Shown here piece after piece: positions 40,790-54,760 of a stretch of 64,000 nt of DNA. Under the pieces are notes generated by a model. That model had not been told where the DNA came from, ran no database searches, and worked only from the letters and a program-made list of their open reading frames with translations. The DNA comes from Octopus vulgaris (taxonomy: Eukaryota), in the NCBI GenBank assembly GCA_951406725.2, contig OX597816.1:115196001-115260000 (forward strand). Direction: 5' to 3'. Within the stretch, counting starts at the first letter, position 1. Each line of letters begins with the position of its first letter. Both the position numbers and the translations under genes were made by a program.

Positions 40790-41108
40790 TGTAGGGATCT
40801 GAATTCCAACTCCTACATCCTAATCGTGGATCGTGGAAAACGCCAAAGTAAGGGATCGCTTGGCAGGGTGAAGTATGGCTGGGCCGCTATGGTAGGCGTG
40901 ATGGCTTGTCAAGAACCTAGTAAGCTGAAGGAGCTCTAGTACAGCCATTCAAGCTGGCGTCCAGACAAACGCTAAAAGAACTGGGTTTCGGAAACTCGAT
41001 GCAGCTCCATTGGTCCAAGACAACCACGTGATGAGCCGCGGGGAATCGGTTTCGCACCCGTCGTCCATCTTAATTAAAATCACGCAGACGGCCCATCTAG
41101 ACCCTGCA
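40790..41108. mobile_element. Possible solo LTR
   Basis: TG...CA termini with an imperfect inverted end (tgtagggatct / tagaccctgca); GC-rich; sits between microsatellites; no clear TSD. Confidence 0.4.
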
Positions 41109-41139
41109 TTATATATATAGTATAGACACACTTTATAAT

Positions 41140-41361
41140 TTTGGCTCAAGGCCAGTAATTTTGAGGGTAGGGCCAGTCGATTAAATTGGCTCCAAGTCTG
41201 GACAAGTACTTTATTTTATTGTCCCCGAAAAGATGAAGATCAAAGTCGACCTCGATGGAATTTGAATTCACAGCACATAGACACAAACACAGAAAAACAC
41301 ACATGCACGCTCGCACGCACGCACACACACACACACACTTGTGGGTGCATGTGTGTGTATG

Positions 41362-41417
<56 letters not shown>

Positions 41418-41685
41418 CGCGTGAAATATTTGTAGTTACCTCTTTACTCATAACTTGAGAATCAGTTCTAGCAAAGTCAGAATGGCAGTTTGTTTAGTTT
41501 CATATTTCTTTATTGCCCACAAGGGGCTAAAACTTAGAGGGGACAAACAAGGACAGACAAATAGATTAAGTTGATTGCATCGATCCAAGTCCACAACTGG
41601 TACTTAATTTATCGACCCCGAAGGATGAAAGGCAGTGTCGACCTCGGCGGAATTTGAACTCAGAACGCAAAGACAGACGAAATAA
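41140..41685 (-). mobile_element. Two SINE family B fragments
   Basis: rc core units at about 41140-41270 and 41503-41685. Confidence 0.7.
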
Positions 41686-41803
41686 ATACCTGGCGTTCTA
41701 GCGTAGTATTAGCTTAATATAATCTATTATATTATATTCTCTACATTATTAAGTTCTTACTTTATCTGGAACATTTCAACTAATGTGTACTGCCTTCCTC
41801 CCC

Positions 41804-41926
<123 letters not shown>

Positions 41927-42093
41927 CATACGTATACATATATAGTTGTATTTTGGGATGGTAATTTTGCCAAATAAATACACGCACTTTATATTTGTGC
42001 TTCACACAGTTATTACTGTTCTTATTTTAATTCATGTCCATTGTCCGAAAATCTTTCGTCACACACCTGTGAAACGTATATATATATATATAT

Positions 42094-42210
<117 letters not shown>

Positions 42211-42261
42211 GTATGTATATATATATATATATATATATATGCATAAATACATACATGCATA

Positions 42262-42451
42262 TATGAGTACAGGACATCAAAAGAATGTTGAGAAACGAAA
42301 ACATAAAAAGATAAAAACAAAAACAGAGAAAACGAATTTCTTTTTCGAACAACGAAAAAAGCAAACAGGGAAACGAGACATGCAACATAAAGAATATTCC
42401 CCTTCATCAGTTGTCCCTGATTCATCTACTCCGCGTTACGAAGGCAAGGAC

Positions 42452-42452
<1 letters not shown>
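42262..42452 (-). mobile_element. Penelope-like family P2 copy
   Basis: Minus strand gccttcGTAAcgcggagtagatgaatcagggacaaCTGATGAagggg; between TA tracts. Confidence 0.5.
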
Positions 42453-42506
<54 letters not shown>

Positions 42507-42906
42507 GCATACTAGCATGGGTTAGACAAATGCATGTTATTGAGAAATTATTCTACAGTTGGGTGCCTTTTTTTTCTGGCTAAGGATTAACCTGTTTTTC
42601 CGGTGAGAGATATTTCATTTCACATGTTTTCAAAAATGAAGTGCGAGACAACGAATTGTTGATAGAGAATGTCAGCATAGCATTAGAACCCTCACATATA
42701 CGTGTGTATAGAGTCAAATAAACACATGATAGAGGTTCCGTACATTTTCTGTCCACCATTCAGCATCACAAGGTATCGGTTGAAGGCACTAAGGTGTCAT
42801 ACATTGAGATAGAACTTAAAACCATGTGATCACTAGGCAAACTTTATATTCATAAAACCAACACAAGCTGCAGCAACAATAGCTTCATCATCATCATCAT
42901 CATCAT

Positions 42907-42938
<32 letters not shown>

Positions 42939-43661
42939 TCATTTTCAACATTATCCTCCTCCTCCTCCTCATCATCATCATCATCATAATCATCATCATC
43001 ACTGCCGTCACTACCAACACCAGCGCCACCATTATCATTATCATAATTCTACAATTGCTTTTTTTCCGCGTTAGTAAGAGATGCATTATGTTCTGAGGCA
43101 GTGTTTGCAACCAGGTGCTGTTCCTGTCATTAGGAATTTTCGTGTTTCTTATGACATGCAACAACATGATGTACCTGTTAAGAAACAGGATTGTGTGCGT
43201 GTACGCGCGCGCGAGCCTGTTTGTATGGATGCACGCATACACATATATATACGATGCTATTATAAAAGACATTTGATTTATGACAACAAACGATATAGCC
43301 TCTTAACGAGTATTTAGAATGGAACCCAAAGGTATACTACATTAATTTTCTTGCATATGCAAAATGAAAAGCATCATAACCCACAGTAAAAGCATGGCAA
43401 ATCCTAATTCTAATATCTTTCAAATAACTATCAAATTTCTATTATTGTTTTTTCTTTCATTTTTTAATTATTATTATTATTTTTTTCAATTCGAAATATA
43501 ATTTGGCTAATTTGTCTCAAAACAGCTTCGAAACTTTTTCAAAGTATATATAAGCTGATTAATAAATGTTACTTTGAAAATTAAGTTGCTGATTCATTTG
43601 CTATAATTACCTGGGTGCAATAAACGATTTATTTTCGAAGACAATAATTGCTTAATGAACA

Positions 43662-44217
43662 AGGCGGCGAGCTGGCAGAAACGTTATCACGCCGGGCGAA
43701 ATGCGTAGCCGTATTTCGTCTGCCGTTACGTTCTGAGTTCGAATTCCGCCGAGGTCGACTTTGCCTTTCATCCTTTCAGGGTCGATAAATTAAGTACCAG
43801 TTACGCACTGGGGTCGATGTAATCGACTTAATCCGTTTGTCTGTCTTTGTTTGCCCCCTCTGTGTTTAGCCCCTTGTGGGTAGTAAAGAAATAGGTATTT
43901 CGTCTGCCGTTACGTTCTGAGTTCAAATTCCGCTGAGGTCGACTTTGCCTTTCATCCTTTCAGGGTCGATAAATTAAGTACCAGTTACGCACTGGAGTCG
44001 ATATAATCGACTGGCCCCCACTCCCAAAAATTTCGGGTCTTGTGTCTGGAGTAGGAAGGAATATCCTTTATATTCTGAGTTGAAATTCCGTCGAGGTCGA
44101 CTTTGCCTTGCATCCTTTCGGAGTCGATAAATTAAGTACCAGTTGCGTACTGGAGTTGTTCTAATCGACTAGCCCCTTCCCTTCCAAAAAATTTCGGGCT
44201 TTGTGCCTAGAGTAGAA
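43662..44217 (+). mobile_element. SINE family B trimer, little diverged
   Basis: Head plus three near-consensus core units. Confidence 0.85.
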
Positions 44218-44359
44218 AACAATAATTGCCTAATGAACATTTTACTGGGATAAAATAACTGCAAAAAAAAGGGAAGAATTAGACAGCTATAGCCTTTAAA
44301 ATCCGTGCTATTAGTATTTCTAGATTGTGTAGGAAAATCATCTGTAGAGCTGGAACTTA

Positions 44360-44672
44360 AGTTAATCTTTGTTTCTTCTCGAGCCATTCCTGGTTCATAA
44401 GGGCCGTTTTCTCGGTTTCCTTGGCGTATAGGTTCCCCACCTGGACGGGACGTCCGGTCCGTCGCAGGTGAGCTGCAAGATGCAGGAGGAAAGAGTGAAA
44501 GAAAGTTGTGGCGAAAGAGTCAGCAGAAGTTTGTCATTACCTTCTAGCCGGAGCCGCGTGGAGCTTAGGTGTTTCGCTCATAAACACATACACATCGCCC
44601 GGTCTGAGATTCGAATCCGCGATCCCTCAACCGCTAGTCCGCTGCTCTAACAACTAGGCCATGTGCCTCCAC
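44360..44672 (-). mobile_element. tRNA-derived SINE
   Basis: Minus strand ggaggcacatggcctagttgttagagc (A box) ... gcggattcgaatctc (B box). Confidence 0.65.
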
Positions 44673-44707
44673 AAGTTAATCTCAGTACTATGTAAAATTT
44701 TGTAACA

Positions 44708-45070
44708 GCGTGGCTGTGTGGTAAGAAGTATGCTTCTCAAACACTTGATTTCAGGTTCAGTGTCACTGCGTGGCACTTTGAGTAACTGCCTTCTATTAAA
44801 GCCCTGGATGATCAAAGCATTGTGAGTAGGTTTGGTAGACGGAAACTGAAACAAGCCCGTCATATATTTTTCTGTGAATGCGTGTGTGTGTGTGTATGTT
44901 TGTCCCCACCCACTGCATGTTGACCAGTGTTGGTTTGTTTACGTTCCTGCAGCTTAATGGTTCGGCAAAAGTGACTGGCAGAATAAGTACCAGGCTTTAA
45001 AAATAAACCTTGGGGCAGATCCATTCAACTAAAACCCTTCAGGGTGGTGTCCCAGCACAGTTGAAGTCAA
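44708..45070 (+). mobile_element. SINE family A, diverged
   Basis: gcgtggctgtgtggtaagaag...ggttcagtgtcactgcgtggcactttg...tttggtagacggaaactgaa. Confidence 0.75.
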
Positions 45071-45261
45071 TAACTAGCTTTAAAAAAATTCATCCAATTA
45101 ATGAAAGGACTTTTATCTATACTTATATACTCAATGTCACTAAATGGTGTGTTACAGAAAATTATTTAGCAGTTTCCATTTTTCTGTCGTTGAATGTTGT
45201 TGTTGTTGTTGTTCTCCTCCTCCTCCTTCTTCTTCTTCTTCTTCTTCTTCTTCTTCTTCTT

Positions 45262-45350
<89 letters not shown>

Positions 45351-45351
45351 C

Positions 45352-46050
45352 ATAGACGCCGTACAGTATACAATATCGTGAGGTTGTTATTGAAGATATT
45401 GTACTGTTTGTCAAGTCACCACAATGACTTCAGACAGCCAGTACTTTACGCAATATTCATGCAGTTCCAAGTAATGCCGAATTTTGCAATACACCTAGAA
45501 TGTAGAGTATTTCTAAAGTTTTCGGGTGTTTTTTTCAGCTTAGGTAGTATTGAACTCTATGCTCCGATGACTTCGGAGATAACCTTTATGTTTGACTCAC
45601 GTAGCTGCCACATCTTAACGACCTCAATTCTCAGGTCTCCATATTTATCAACCTTTTCTCTTTCTTTCATGGTGATATGGTGATCTCCTGGTACTGTCAC
45701 GTCAATTATTAGGCACTCTTGTTTGCCCTCCTAAAGGTTACTATATCTGGCCTTCTTTGCTCTAATACCTTGTCTGTCTGAAAGTCAAAGTCCCAGAAGA
45801 TTTCCACCTTCTCCTTTTTGACCATTACTTTTACCGGTGTATGTTGTTACCAAGCACTCGTAACCTCATATCTATACTAGCCAGTGGAGGTTTTGGACTG
45901 CCTTGTCATGTCTGCGCTTGTGTTCTTTCTGTGCAAGACATTCCCGAGCACTAACAATGTGAGTCACTTTTCGACCCTCTTCCAACACACTCTGTCTGAA
46001 CTGCAAGATCATGCTGTTTACTCCCATTTTGGGCTTCTCAGTACCAGACG
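45352..46050 (-). mobile_element. R4/Dong-like LINE 3' end with zinc knuckle, RLE and (AAT)n tail
   Basis: RVC...E.VTHIVS...LAQKEHKRRHDK....LHW, IFWDFDFQTDK....RRPDIV, CLIIDVTVPGD, EKVDKYGDL, SALLGTA*ILRKVL; 3' end abuts (AAT)n. Confidence 0.85.
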
Positions 46051-46643
46051 TCTGGTAGCCTCATAACAGTCGATAATGAACTACCAAACCTTACAAATTG
46101 CTAACTACCTGACATAAGCATACTGTCTGCTTCATTTAATTTTGCATATGATGCAAAAATTGCAGTTGCTATCTAGCCAAAGTATCCATATGACTGAACT
46201 AATCAACGGAGAGCTAAAATATTCTAAACTCAAAGCTATTTTAAAATTTAATTAAAACTTTTTTCTACTCTGACTGCAAATATTTGAAGATGTGGATGCA
46301 TTCTGTATTCATGAAACATTTAGTAATGTGGAGTTGAGTCAACATGTTACATATGCACACACAAACAAACACGCACATCACACTACACACACACACACAC
46401 CATGCTAACTATACGCATACACACACACACACTCATACACACTCACACTTTTATATACACAATGAGTATGAGAATGCTTACACAGAAATAGAGAGGCACC
46501 ATATTTGTGCTTGGGTGGTTCAAATTCTTAAAATCCAATTTCTTAATCATAGTAAATACTCAAAAAGTAGAAGAAAAAATGCTTGAAGAAAAAGCTTGAA
46601 TGAATATCAATAAAATGAGATAAGCAAACTTATGATTGTTAGT

Positions 46644-46680
<37 letters not shown>

Positions 46681-47179
46681 CACACACACATACACATACA
46701 TGCGCATGCACGCACACATACACACACATGATTTTTTGGTTCATTTCTATATATATATATACATACATACACACACGTGTGTGTGTGTGTGCATGTGTGT
46801 CTCTGTGTGTGTCTGTGTGTGTGTGCATGTGTGTGTGAGTTCATAAATACATTGCAAAATTCTTGAATCAAGGATCTAGGATTCCAGAATTCCTAAGAGG
46901 GCTTCATATAGTTTAAAGATAACCTTAGATGCATGATAATATTATTATGCATCACACCATCCAAAATATATGTGTGTGTGTGTTATGCATAAGAGAGAGA
47001 GAGAGAGAGATTGTGTGTGTTGGGTGTGTGTACAAATAATTGTGAAAATAAAAGCTTATCTGGAAATAAACTTTTATTTATCTCTATTCATGTAATATAT
47101 CACTATGAAGTGCAAAGTTCAACCTATTGGTTTATTTTTATGGTTTTGCTTTCACAATTTATTCTTATTTATTTCAGGC

Positions 47180-48090
47180 TGTCAAATTAGAGATGGAATT
47201 AAAAGCAAATTCCAACAATCTTATTGTATGGGTTCCACATAGAATGCAAGACAGATGAATCTACTTGCATATCAACCAATCATGGCCAAGACTCTGTCAA
47301 GAAATGTATGCCTCGGTGTTGGCTCTGAAAATTTCACTGTGAAAACGAGAGCTTTGAAAAGGAGGGAATGTCAATGATGACCATCTGTGATTGACAGGAA
47401 CTAACTGAGGGCCATTATTGAAGGGGACATACTCAGAGCAACTTAAGAGGTTGCAGAAATAAATATTTGTCTTTCAACAGCTGTTCAATGTTTACGTCAT
47501 ATTAAGAAAGTTGAAAAATGTTGACAAATATGGGCTGCATGAACTGTAAGAAAATAGCTATAAAAACTTTGCCTTTACAATGCCTGCTCTACACTTCTTT
47601 CACATAACAAAAACAGTAATTTATTGATTGCATTGTAATTATTACATTGAACAAGTTTTTAACCACAAATTCAACTAAATGCACCAAGAACTACAGTTGT
47701 TTTATCAAACAGGTTGAATAACTTTATTTTAATTCCTCAAATGATATACTGAGCATCTGCTTGGTTTGCTTTTGAAGTACTTCTATTACAAGATGCTACA
47801 CACCTAACATCAGTTATTTGTAAAGGACCATTTCTTCTTCATGACAATATCCAACTCTACACCATCTAGCATATTCCACGAAGCTTTCTCTGAATGACTG
47901 CTACTGCTTCAAGAACCCCAATAACATCTTGTAGTAGAAGTAGAAGATCTTCAACAGAAAACCAAGCAGGTACTCAGTATATCACTTGAGGAATTCATAA
48001 TTTTCAAGACTTCAGAATTCTGTGCAACAGGAACAAATATATTTCTTTATTGTTGGCAAAAAAGCCTTGTGGATTGAAATGGTTATTATT
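47180..48090 (+). mobile_element. Decayed mariner transposon
   Basis: Fragments resembling mariner transposase (ENESFE.EG, KGPFLLHDN); many stops. Confidence 0.5.
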
Positions 48091-48559
48091 CACTAAGGTC
48101 CATCTATAAAGTTATTCAGCATGTTTGATAAAACAACCAAGCATGCTACTAACAAAACTAATGTTGTGTGTAAAATAAGGAGAATATGCTTTAAGCATTT
48201 TGCTTTCAATTTCTGATTACACTACTAAAGTTTCTTTTTTAATTAATTTTAAAAACATCAAGAATTTGGAAGGATTTAGTAAAATATCTAGCAAAGAGAA
48301 CTGCAACAAGATCTATCAACACATGCACTCCATAAGAATATATATTATATAGGTGATGATTATGATGATGATGGTGATGATGATGATGAAGCAATTTCTC
48401 CTTATTCCTGTCTTCCTCAGAAACTGTGTATGTATACACTGATAGATTTCATTAAACATTTTCCATTTTCAAAGCATTTTACCCTGAACCCATTTCCACA
48501 TCCATAGAATTTCCTGCTGCTTCACATTCCCACCATAATAGATATATTCTTATTGTTAC

Positions 48560-48615
48560 CTCGGTTTATCCACTTGGCCCTTTGAGCAATATGGAAATAA
48601 ATCCCTCCACATCAC
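48560..48615 (-). CDS. Internal coding exon VMWRDLFPYCSKGQVDKP(S)
   Basis: Acceptor ttatttttgttgcAG and donor AG|GTaaca. 56 nt; only one frame is free of stops, phase 0 in and phase 2 out. Confidence 0.75.
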
Positions 48616-49729
48616 CTGCAACAAAAATAACAAAACAACAATAAAATGGTAACATTATTTGTTCTAAATTTCTTACCAGTCAAATCAAAGTACATTTTTG
48701 ATAGGATGTACTGACTGCCCAATGAACACACACACATGCACATACACACACATCATATATTATATATGTATGTATATACACATGTACATATACATGCATA
48801 CACATATACATGCATACATACATTCATACCTACATGAATAATACATGCATATTCTTGAACATGGCAAATCATATTTATTTCTTTATTTTTGTTAAAAAAA
48901 TGTTGAAGCATTTTAAAACTTTGATTTAGACTGCTAAGCTGGTTAATGAAATATCTATGACCTAACTACCACTTTTTCCTGTTAGTGTTAGTTTGAAGAT
49001 TTTATGAGAATTTGAAAAATCCTAAATTATAAAATTTTTTTAATATCTATCTGGTATGAAATGTAAGATTTCAAATGTGCTTATGACAAATGTTTGACAT
49101 TAGCCTGCCTGGGGAAATCTCTGTGAGTGAGTTGCAAAAGAAAGAAACAAACAAAGAAAGAAAAGGAGGAAAGAAGGAAGGAGGAAAGGAAGAAAGAAAT
49201 AAAGAAAGGGAAATATGCAGAAAGAGAAAGAAAGTGAGTGAAAGAGGGAGAGAAGTGAGAAAGTAAGAGAGAAGTGAGGATAAGTGAGGTAAAAAATAAT
49301 ATAATATAATACTGGGAAACAAGAGTTGAAGATAACAAATGAAATATTAATGAACAAACGATTGTGTGCATATACATAAGTATGTATATATGTATGTATG
49401 TATGTATCTATGTATGTATGTATGTATGTATGTATGTATGTATGTATGTATATGTATGTATGTATGTATGTATGTATATATGTATGTATGTATGTACGTA
49501 TGAAGGCATGTTGGCTTGTTGGATGTTATAACAGTATATAAATATTTATAATTATATATGCATATATATAGGCATAAAGACTTATACATTCAAATATGCA
49601 TATATATCAACACACACAAGCACATGCACATGCATACACACACATCACATTTGTATATACATTTAAATTCATAAAAGTATGTAAGGATATTAAGACTTTA
49701 TAATGCCTATATACATGCATATATATGTA

Positions 49730-50482
49730 TTATTCTTAAACAAGAATATAACTGACAGTGACTTCGAAGTTTTTGCCAGTTAAGCTATCATCAGTCTGCA
49801 ATGCAGTGAAGTCACCCTTGGCTCTTTTTGTCTCTGTTGAGTTAAAATCTTCCTTGGTATGTTGGTTTGGGTGAAATAGTAACTAGGTTTCAGAGTTGGT
49901 TGTTATGGAAAGGTATTTTGGAAAAAGTTTTATTGCTTAAATTTGGGATTATCTTATAGTTCAGAATTTATTCATGTATGTAGAACTTGTTAGTAGGTAA
50001 GTATTTAGGTGTGACCCTTTTGGTAGGTAGGTAGGACCCTTTTGGTAGGTAGGTGTCATTAGCTTTTGTTATATTTGGTTTCATTGGATTTAATCCTTTG
50101 CTTTGAGAATATTAAGGTCATAGTTCAAAGTTTAGTCCAGTGTTCAAAGACTTAGTAATTGGATGTGTTAACTTGTTTTTGCAATGGAAATTTTCAGGAG
50201 TTCACAAAAAGATGCTAGTAGGTAATATATTAAGCTGGTCAGTTTCTTTACTTGTTATATTGTGTGTTTCCTGTTTTTATTTGGAAGGTGTGGGGTTATT
50301 AATCTGGCATTTCATGGTATCATCAGTATAGAAATTTGTTTATCTTGTGCTTTGATGTTCACAAGAGGATATTAAGTTGGTATATAAAGTCAAGGTTAAT
50401 TTCAATGCATTGGAGTTTGACGATGGCTGAACTTACCATAACTTTGAAATTACTGGCAATAATATTCTTGTTTAAGAATAAT
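49730..50482. mobile_element. Penelope-like element with inverted terminal repeats containing decayed hammerhead motifs
   Basis: 49731-49805 is the imperfect reverse complement of 50407-50480; minus strand CUGAUGA-uagcuuaacuggc-AAAA. Confidence 0.55.
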
Positions 50483-50590
50483 GAATTTGTACCCTACAAA
50501 AGTATAAGGCAACCTATTTCATTGATGTAAAATGTAACCATTTTCATTAATGTTTTTATTATAACTGAACATAAAAACAAACATATGTGT

Positions 50591-50626
<36 letters not shown>

Positions 50627-50628
<2 letters not shown>

Positions 50629-50825
50629 CGGGAAGCTCTATGAAAATAAACAAAAGACAAAGGCAGGTGGAGTACAAACAAACAATTGTATTAGTATGGC
50701 ACTCAGGAATAGAAATAAAACAAGTCTTTTACGTTTCAAGCCTACGCTCTTCAACAGAAAGATACACAGAAAAGAAACACGGAGAGAAACAAGGAGAGGA
50801 AAAAAATGCGTGCAGGAGCTAATGT
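50627..50825 (-). mobile_element. Penelope-like repeat with hammerhead-like core
   Basis: Minus strand uuu-CUGUUGA-A-GAGC(guag)GCUU-GAAACGU-aaaa at 50729-50757; adjacent to (TA)n. Confidence 0.5.
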
Positions 50826-50919
50826 AGCTGACATCTTTTTACTGTGTACATTAAATGATATTAATCTCTCACTGGATGGAGTGCAATTTTTGTTAATCTT
50901 ACCTTAACAAAACAGTAAA

Positions 50920-50971
<52 letters not shown>

Positions 50972-51062
50972 GTCAAGTTAACAAGTAAAGCATGCAGTGG
51001 AAAGAAAAGCACTGGAAAAGAAAATGAAGCAATAGCTTCATATATATATATATATATTATAT

Positions 51063-51410
51063 GATGGGCTTCTTTCAGTTTCCATCTACAAATTCACTCA
51101 GAAGGCTTTGGTTGGCCCAAGGCTATGGTAGAAGACACTTGCCCCAAGGTGCCACACAGTGGGACTGAACCTGGAAGGATGTGGCTGGTAAGCACTTACT
51201 ACACAGCTACTCCTGTGCATGTATGATAATAATAGGCAGAAGGCCTGAAATTTTAAAGAATGAAACTAGTTGATTACTTCAACACCAGTATTTGACTGGT
51301 TCTTATATTACTGACCCTGAGAGGATGAAAAGCAGAATTGACTTCAGCAGAATTTGAACTCTGAATGTACACAGGCAAAATATTGCTCAGTATTCTGCCA
51401 GCTCACCACT
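51063..51410 (-). mobile_element. SINE A head followed by a decayed SINE B
   Basis: rc matches to both families. Confidence 0.65.
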
Positions 51411-54400
51411 TTCCTTTATATGATAATGATCATGATGATGATGATAGTGGTGGTATCATCATAATGGTGGTGGTGGTGGTAATGTTGTTGGTGTTGGTGG
51501 TGGAAATGGTGTTGCTAGTACTGCTGTTGATGATAACGTTGATGATGTGGAAAAGAAGGAATAATACACCATTGAAAGCAGTGGTTGCTATTTAGTGGAT
51601 GTTGTTAATCACAGTTCCTAAATTAACTTTCCTATAAAAATAGCCAAAGTTACGTTTTTTTCAGTTTTAAAAAAAGTTGCAAAAGAAAAAAAAAAAGAGA
51701 AGAAAAAAAGAAAAATTAATCCCTACTACCTCAAAGAAAAAAAAATGTATTTATACATGTGATGAAAATTTTTTCAAGAAAATAATTTAGAGAAATTTAA
51801 TCAGCATAATGGAATGAAGAGGCACAGATAAATTTAAGGTTTCATTTAGATTTAAAGCTTGCAAATAGTTGCAATTAATAAAATCACCATCCTCCTCCTC
51901 CTCCTCATCATCATTTAACAGCTGTTTTCCTTGCTGGCATGGGTTGGATGGTGTGTGTGTTTTAAGTTGAGGTATAGTGTTGTACACTTTATATCAAACA
52001 CTTACATTGTTTATAAGCACAATTAAAAAATGTTTTAGTCACTTCCGTTTTATTTATGAGTAAGGAGTATATTTGGGTGTTACATTCTTGTGGGATATAT
52101 AAGTAGTAACTAAGTAGTTTCCAAACTTTTCACTGCTAATGCCCCAGCATGGCTACAGTTTAAATTTTTAGCTTTTAAACCATCCACATTCGACTAAAAT
52201 ATTCTACCTGATTCAAATTCAAAATGGTCAGATTCTGCCTCTCAGATGTATCCTACAATGTCATTCTAAAAATATATAGACACATCATCAAAATCTCAAA
52301 GCTACAAAATTAATGATTAATCGAAAACCTGTGAATAAACAAGATTTGACTGAATAATCTGGATGATAAAGGGTTAAAGACTAAAACAAGTAAAAGATAA
52401 ATAGTTCCTAAGTCTTTGAAACAATGACCGAAACAACTAAAAGAATAAAAGAATATATAAATATATATAGATATATAAAATAATGAAGGTGGCTAGATGC
52501 AATTAAAAACTGAAACGGCAATAATTCACTGCCTGTAAAAGTGACCAAGGGAGCAGAGAACATCAGCATTGCTAGAAATAAGAGACAAGAGTCAGAGGCT
52601 CTTTGTCAGTACATAGACCATGTGCTTTATATACATATATACACACACAAAGCATATAATGCCCAATTGATTTTTAATTCAGCTCGTGGACCTTCAGTAT
52701 TACCATTGTAGACCCTTAGGATCTGTGGACCTGGGTTGAGAATTACCATTTCAAGATGCCAAAAAGTAGCAGCAGTAGCAGCAGTCTCCAGATAAATCAT
52801 TTGACAAAGGTCAATAGCTGACATAACTTGCCTCTCTTATATTTCATAGCAATTATTTATCAATGAAGACACGCTGACAAAATATTATGTATAATTACCA
52901 AAACATATAAGGAAAATGCACATCCAACAAAGAAATTATCAAGGGGATGTACCATCATAAAAGTGTGTCCCATAAGGCATCACTCAGAACATCTCAAAGT
53001 AAATATTTTCACATGTAATGCAAGAGTACACAACATCTATGAAGTGGTGCTACAGCTAATGCTTTTGTATTCAAAACATGTAAAAATATATGCATACACA
53101 TGAAAAGACTAAAATAAGGAAAGCTAGCTCTTCTGACCATATTTACAGTTGTAGTAATGTGGTAAGTAAAAAGGACTCAATATAATAAAGCAGAGTATTA
53201 ATGATCCTTTCTACCATAGGCACAAAGCCTGAAATTTGAACGGGAGAGGGCTGGTTGATTACATCGATCTAAAGTACAACTGATATTTATTTCATCAACC
53301 TTAAAAGAGATGAAAGGTAAGGTCAACCTTGGCAACAATGTGAAATGGTTAAGATGTTTATTTTGCTATCATAACTAGTTTCAATCCTGCTACCAGTCAT
53401 CTATTATCATTGCTTTGCATCAATCCAAACATTTGAGTGAAACCTAGTTGACAGAAACTGTGCTGAAACCCTGAAATTCAGAAGTAACGCCATGTCATTT
53501 TCTGTGTTATGATGATGGATACGAAAAGAGGGTGGGCACTCTTTTGAGTATGTGTTTTAATGGCTTTCTGTAGAAGTTTAGCTTTAAGTACCAGTTTGTA
53601 TGCATGTATGTATGTATGTATGTATGTATGTATGTATGTATGTATGTATGTATGTATGTATGTATGTATGTGTGTGTATGTATGTAAGAGGGTGCATGGC
53701 CTGGTGGTTAGAGTGTTGCACTCATGATCTCAAGAGAGTGGGTTCAATTTCTGAACCAGGTGGTGCTTTGTGTTTCTTCAGCAAAACACTTAATATCACA
53801 TTGCTTCGTGATCACTATGACACTTGTCATGTGGCATGCCATGCACTTATACACATAATTTTGATTTGATGGAAAGAGTGAGATAATGTACAGTACAAAC
53901 ATTTAATCACTCTAGATAAATCATTTGTACAGGGATTTCAGTAAGAATTTGTAGAACCCTCTTTCACAAACTCTAGAGACTAACCCTACATATGTGCATG
54001 TATAATTTTTCTTTGAGTTTTATTTGAGGTCTAACAAAGCAACAAAACCTTTTGAATGGAATGAGTTCTCCTTGTTTGTAAATAGATAGCTGAGTTTGTG
54101 TGTTGGTTGAACTGTTAATACATACACCTTACTGTGTGTATCTATTCATCCCAAAATTCTCAGATGGAGAACCTTTAAAATGTCTTACAAATCTTCACTG
54201 TCTGCCAATAGATTAGATTTAGAGAATCAGCATTAGTTTCTTTTGTTTTTTCTTAAAAAAAAAACCTAATGAAGATTGTTAGATTGATGTAGACCCCTCT
54301 GATAAGAACCCAATAAGGTTTGAAAATCGATTAAGGTTGTTCATTGTTTAACAGCGGTGCATCAGCATGGCTGCAGCTCTGAGCTGAAACCAGAGAGAAA

Positions 54401-54480
54401 AAAAAAAAAATTCTAGATTTTTTTGTGTAAATTTGTAGGTACATAGCTTAATACACCTATGACGATAGGTATAAAGGGAA

Positions 54481-54760
54481 ATACCAGTTACGCACTGGGG
54501 TCGATGTAATCGACTTAATCCATTAAAGGTGGTGAGCTGGCAGAAACGTTAGCATGCTGGGTGAAATGATGAGCAGTATTTCGTCTGTCACTACGTTCTG
54601 AGTTCAAATTCTGCCGAGGTCGACTTTGCCTTTCATCCTTTCGGGGTCGATTAAATAAGTACCAGTTATGCACTGGAGTCGATATAATCGACTTAATCTG
54701 TTTGTCTGTCCTTATTTGTCCTCTCAGTGTTTAGCCCCATGTGGTTTGTAAAGAAATAGG
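54481..54760 (+). mobile_element. SINE family B
   Basis: Partial unit, then head and a core unit. Confidence 0.8.

Noticed and set aside
52627-52824. 65-aa ORF MSAIDLCQMIYLE...
   Set aside because: No convincing splice sites or recognisable motif, and the exon chain is already in phase without it.
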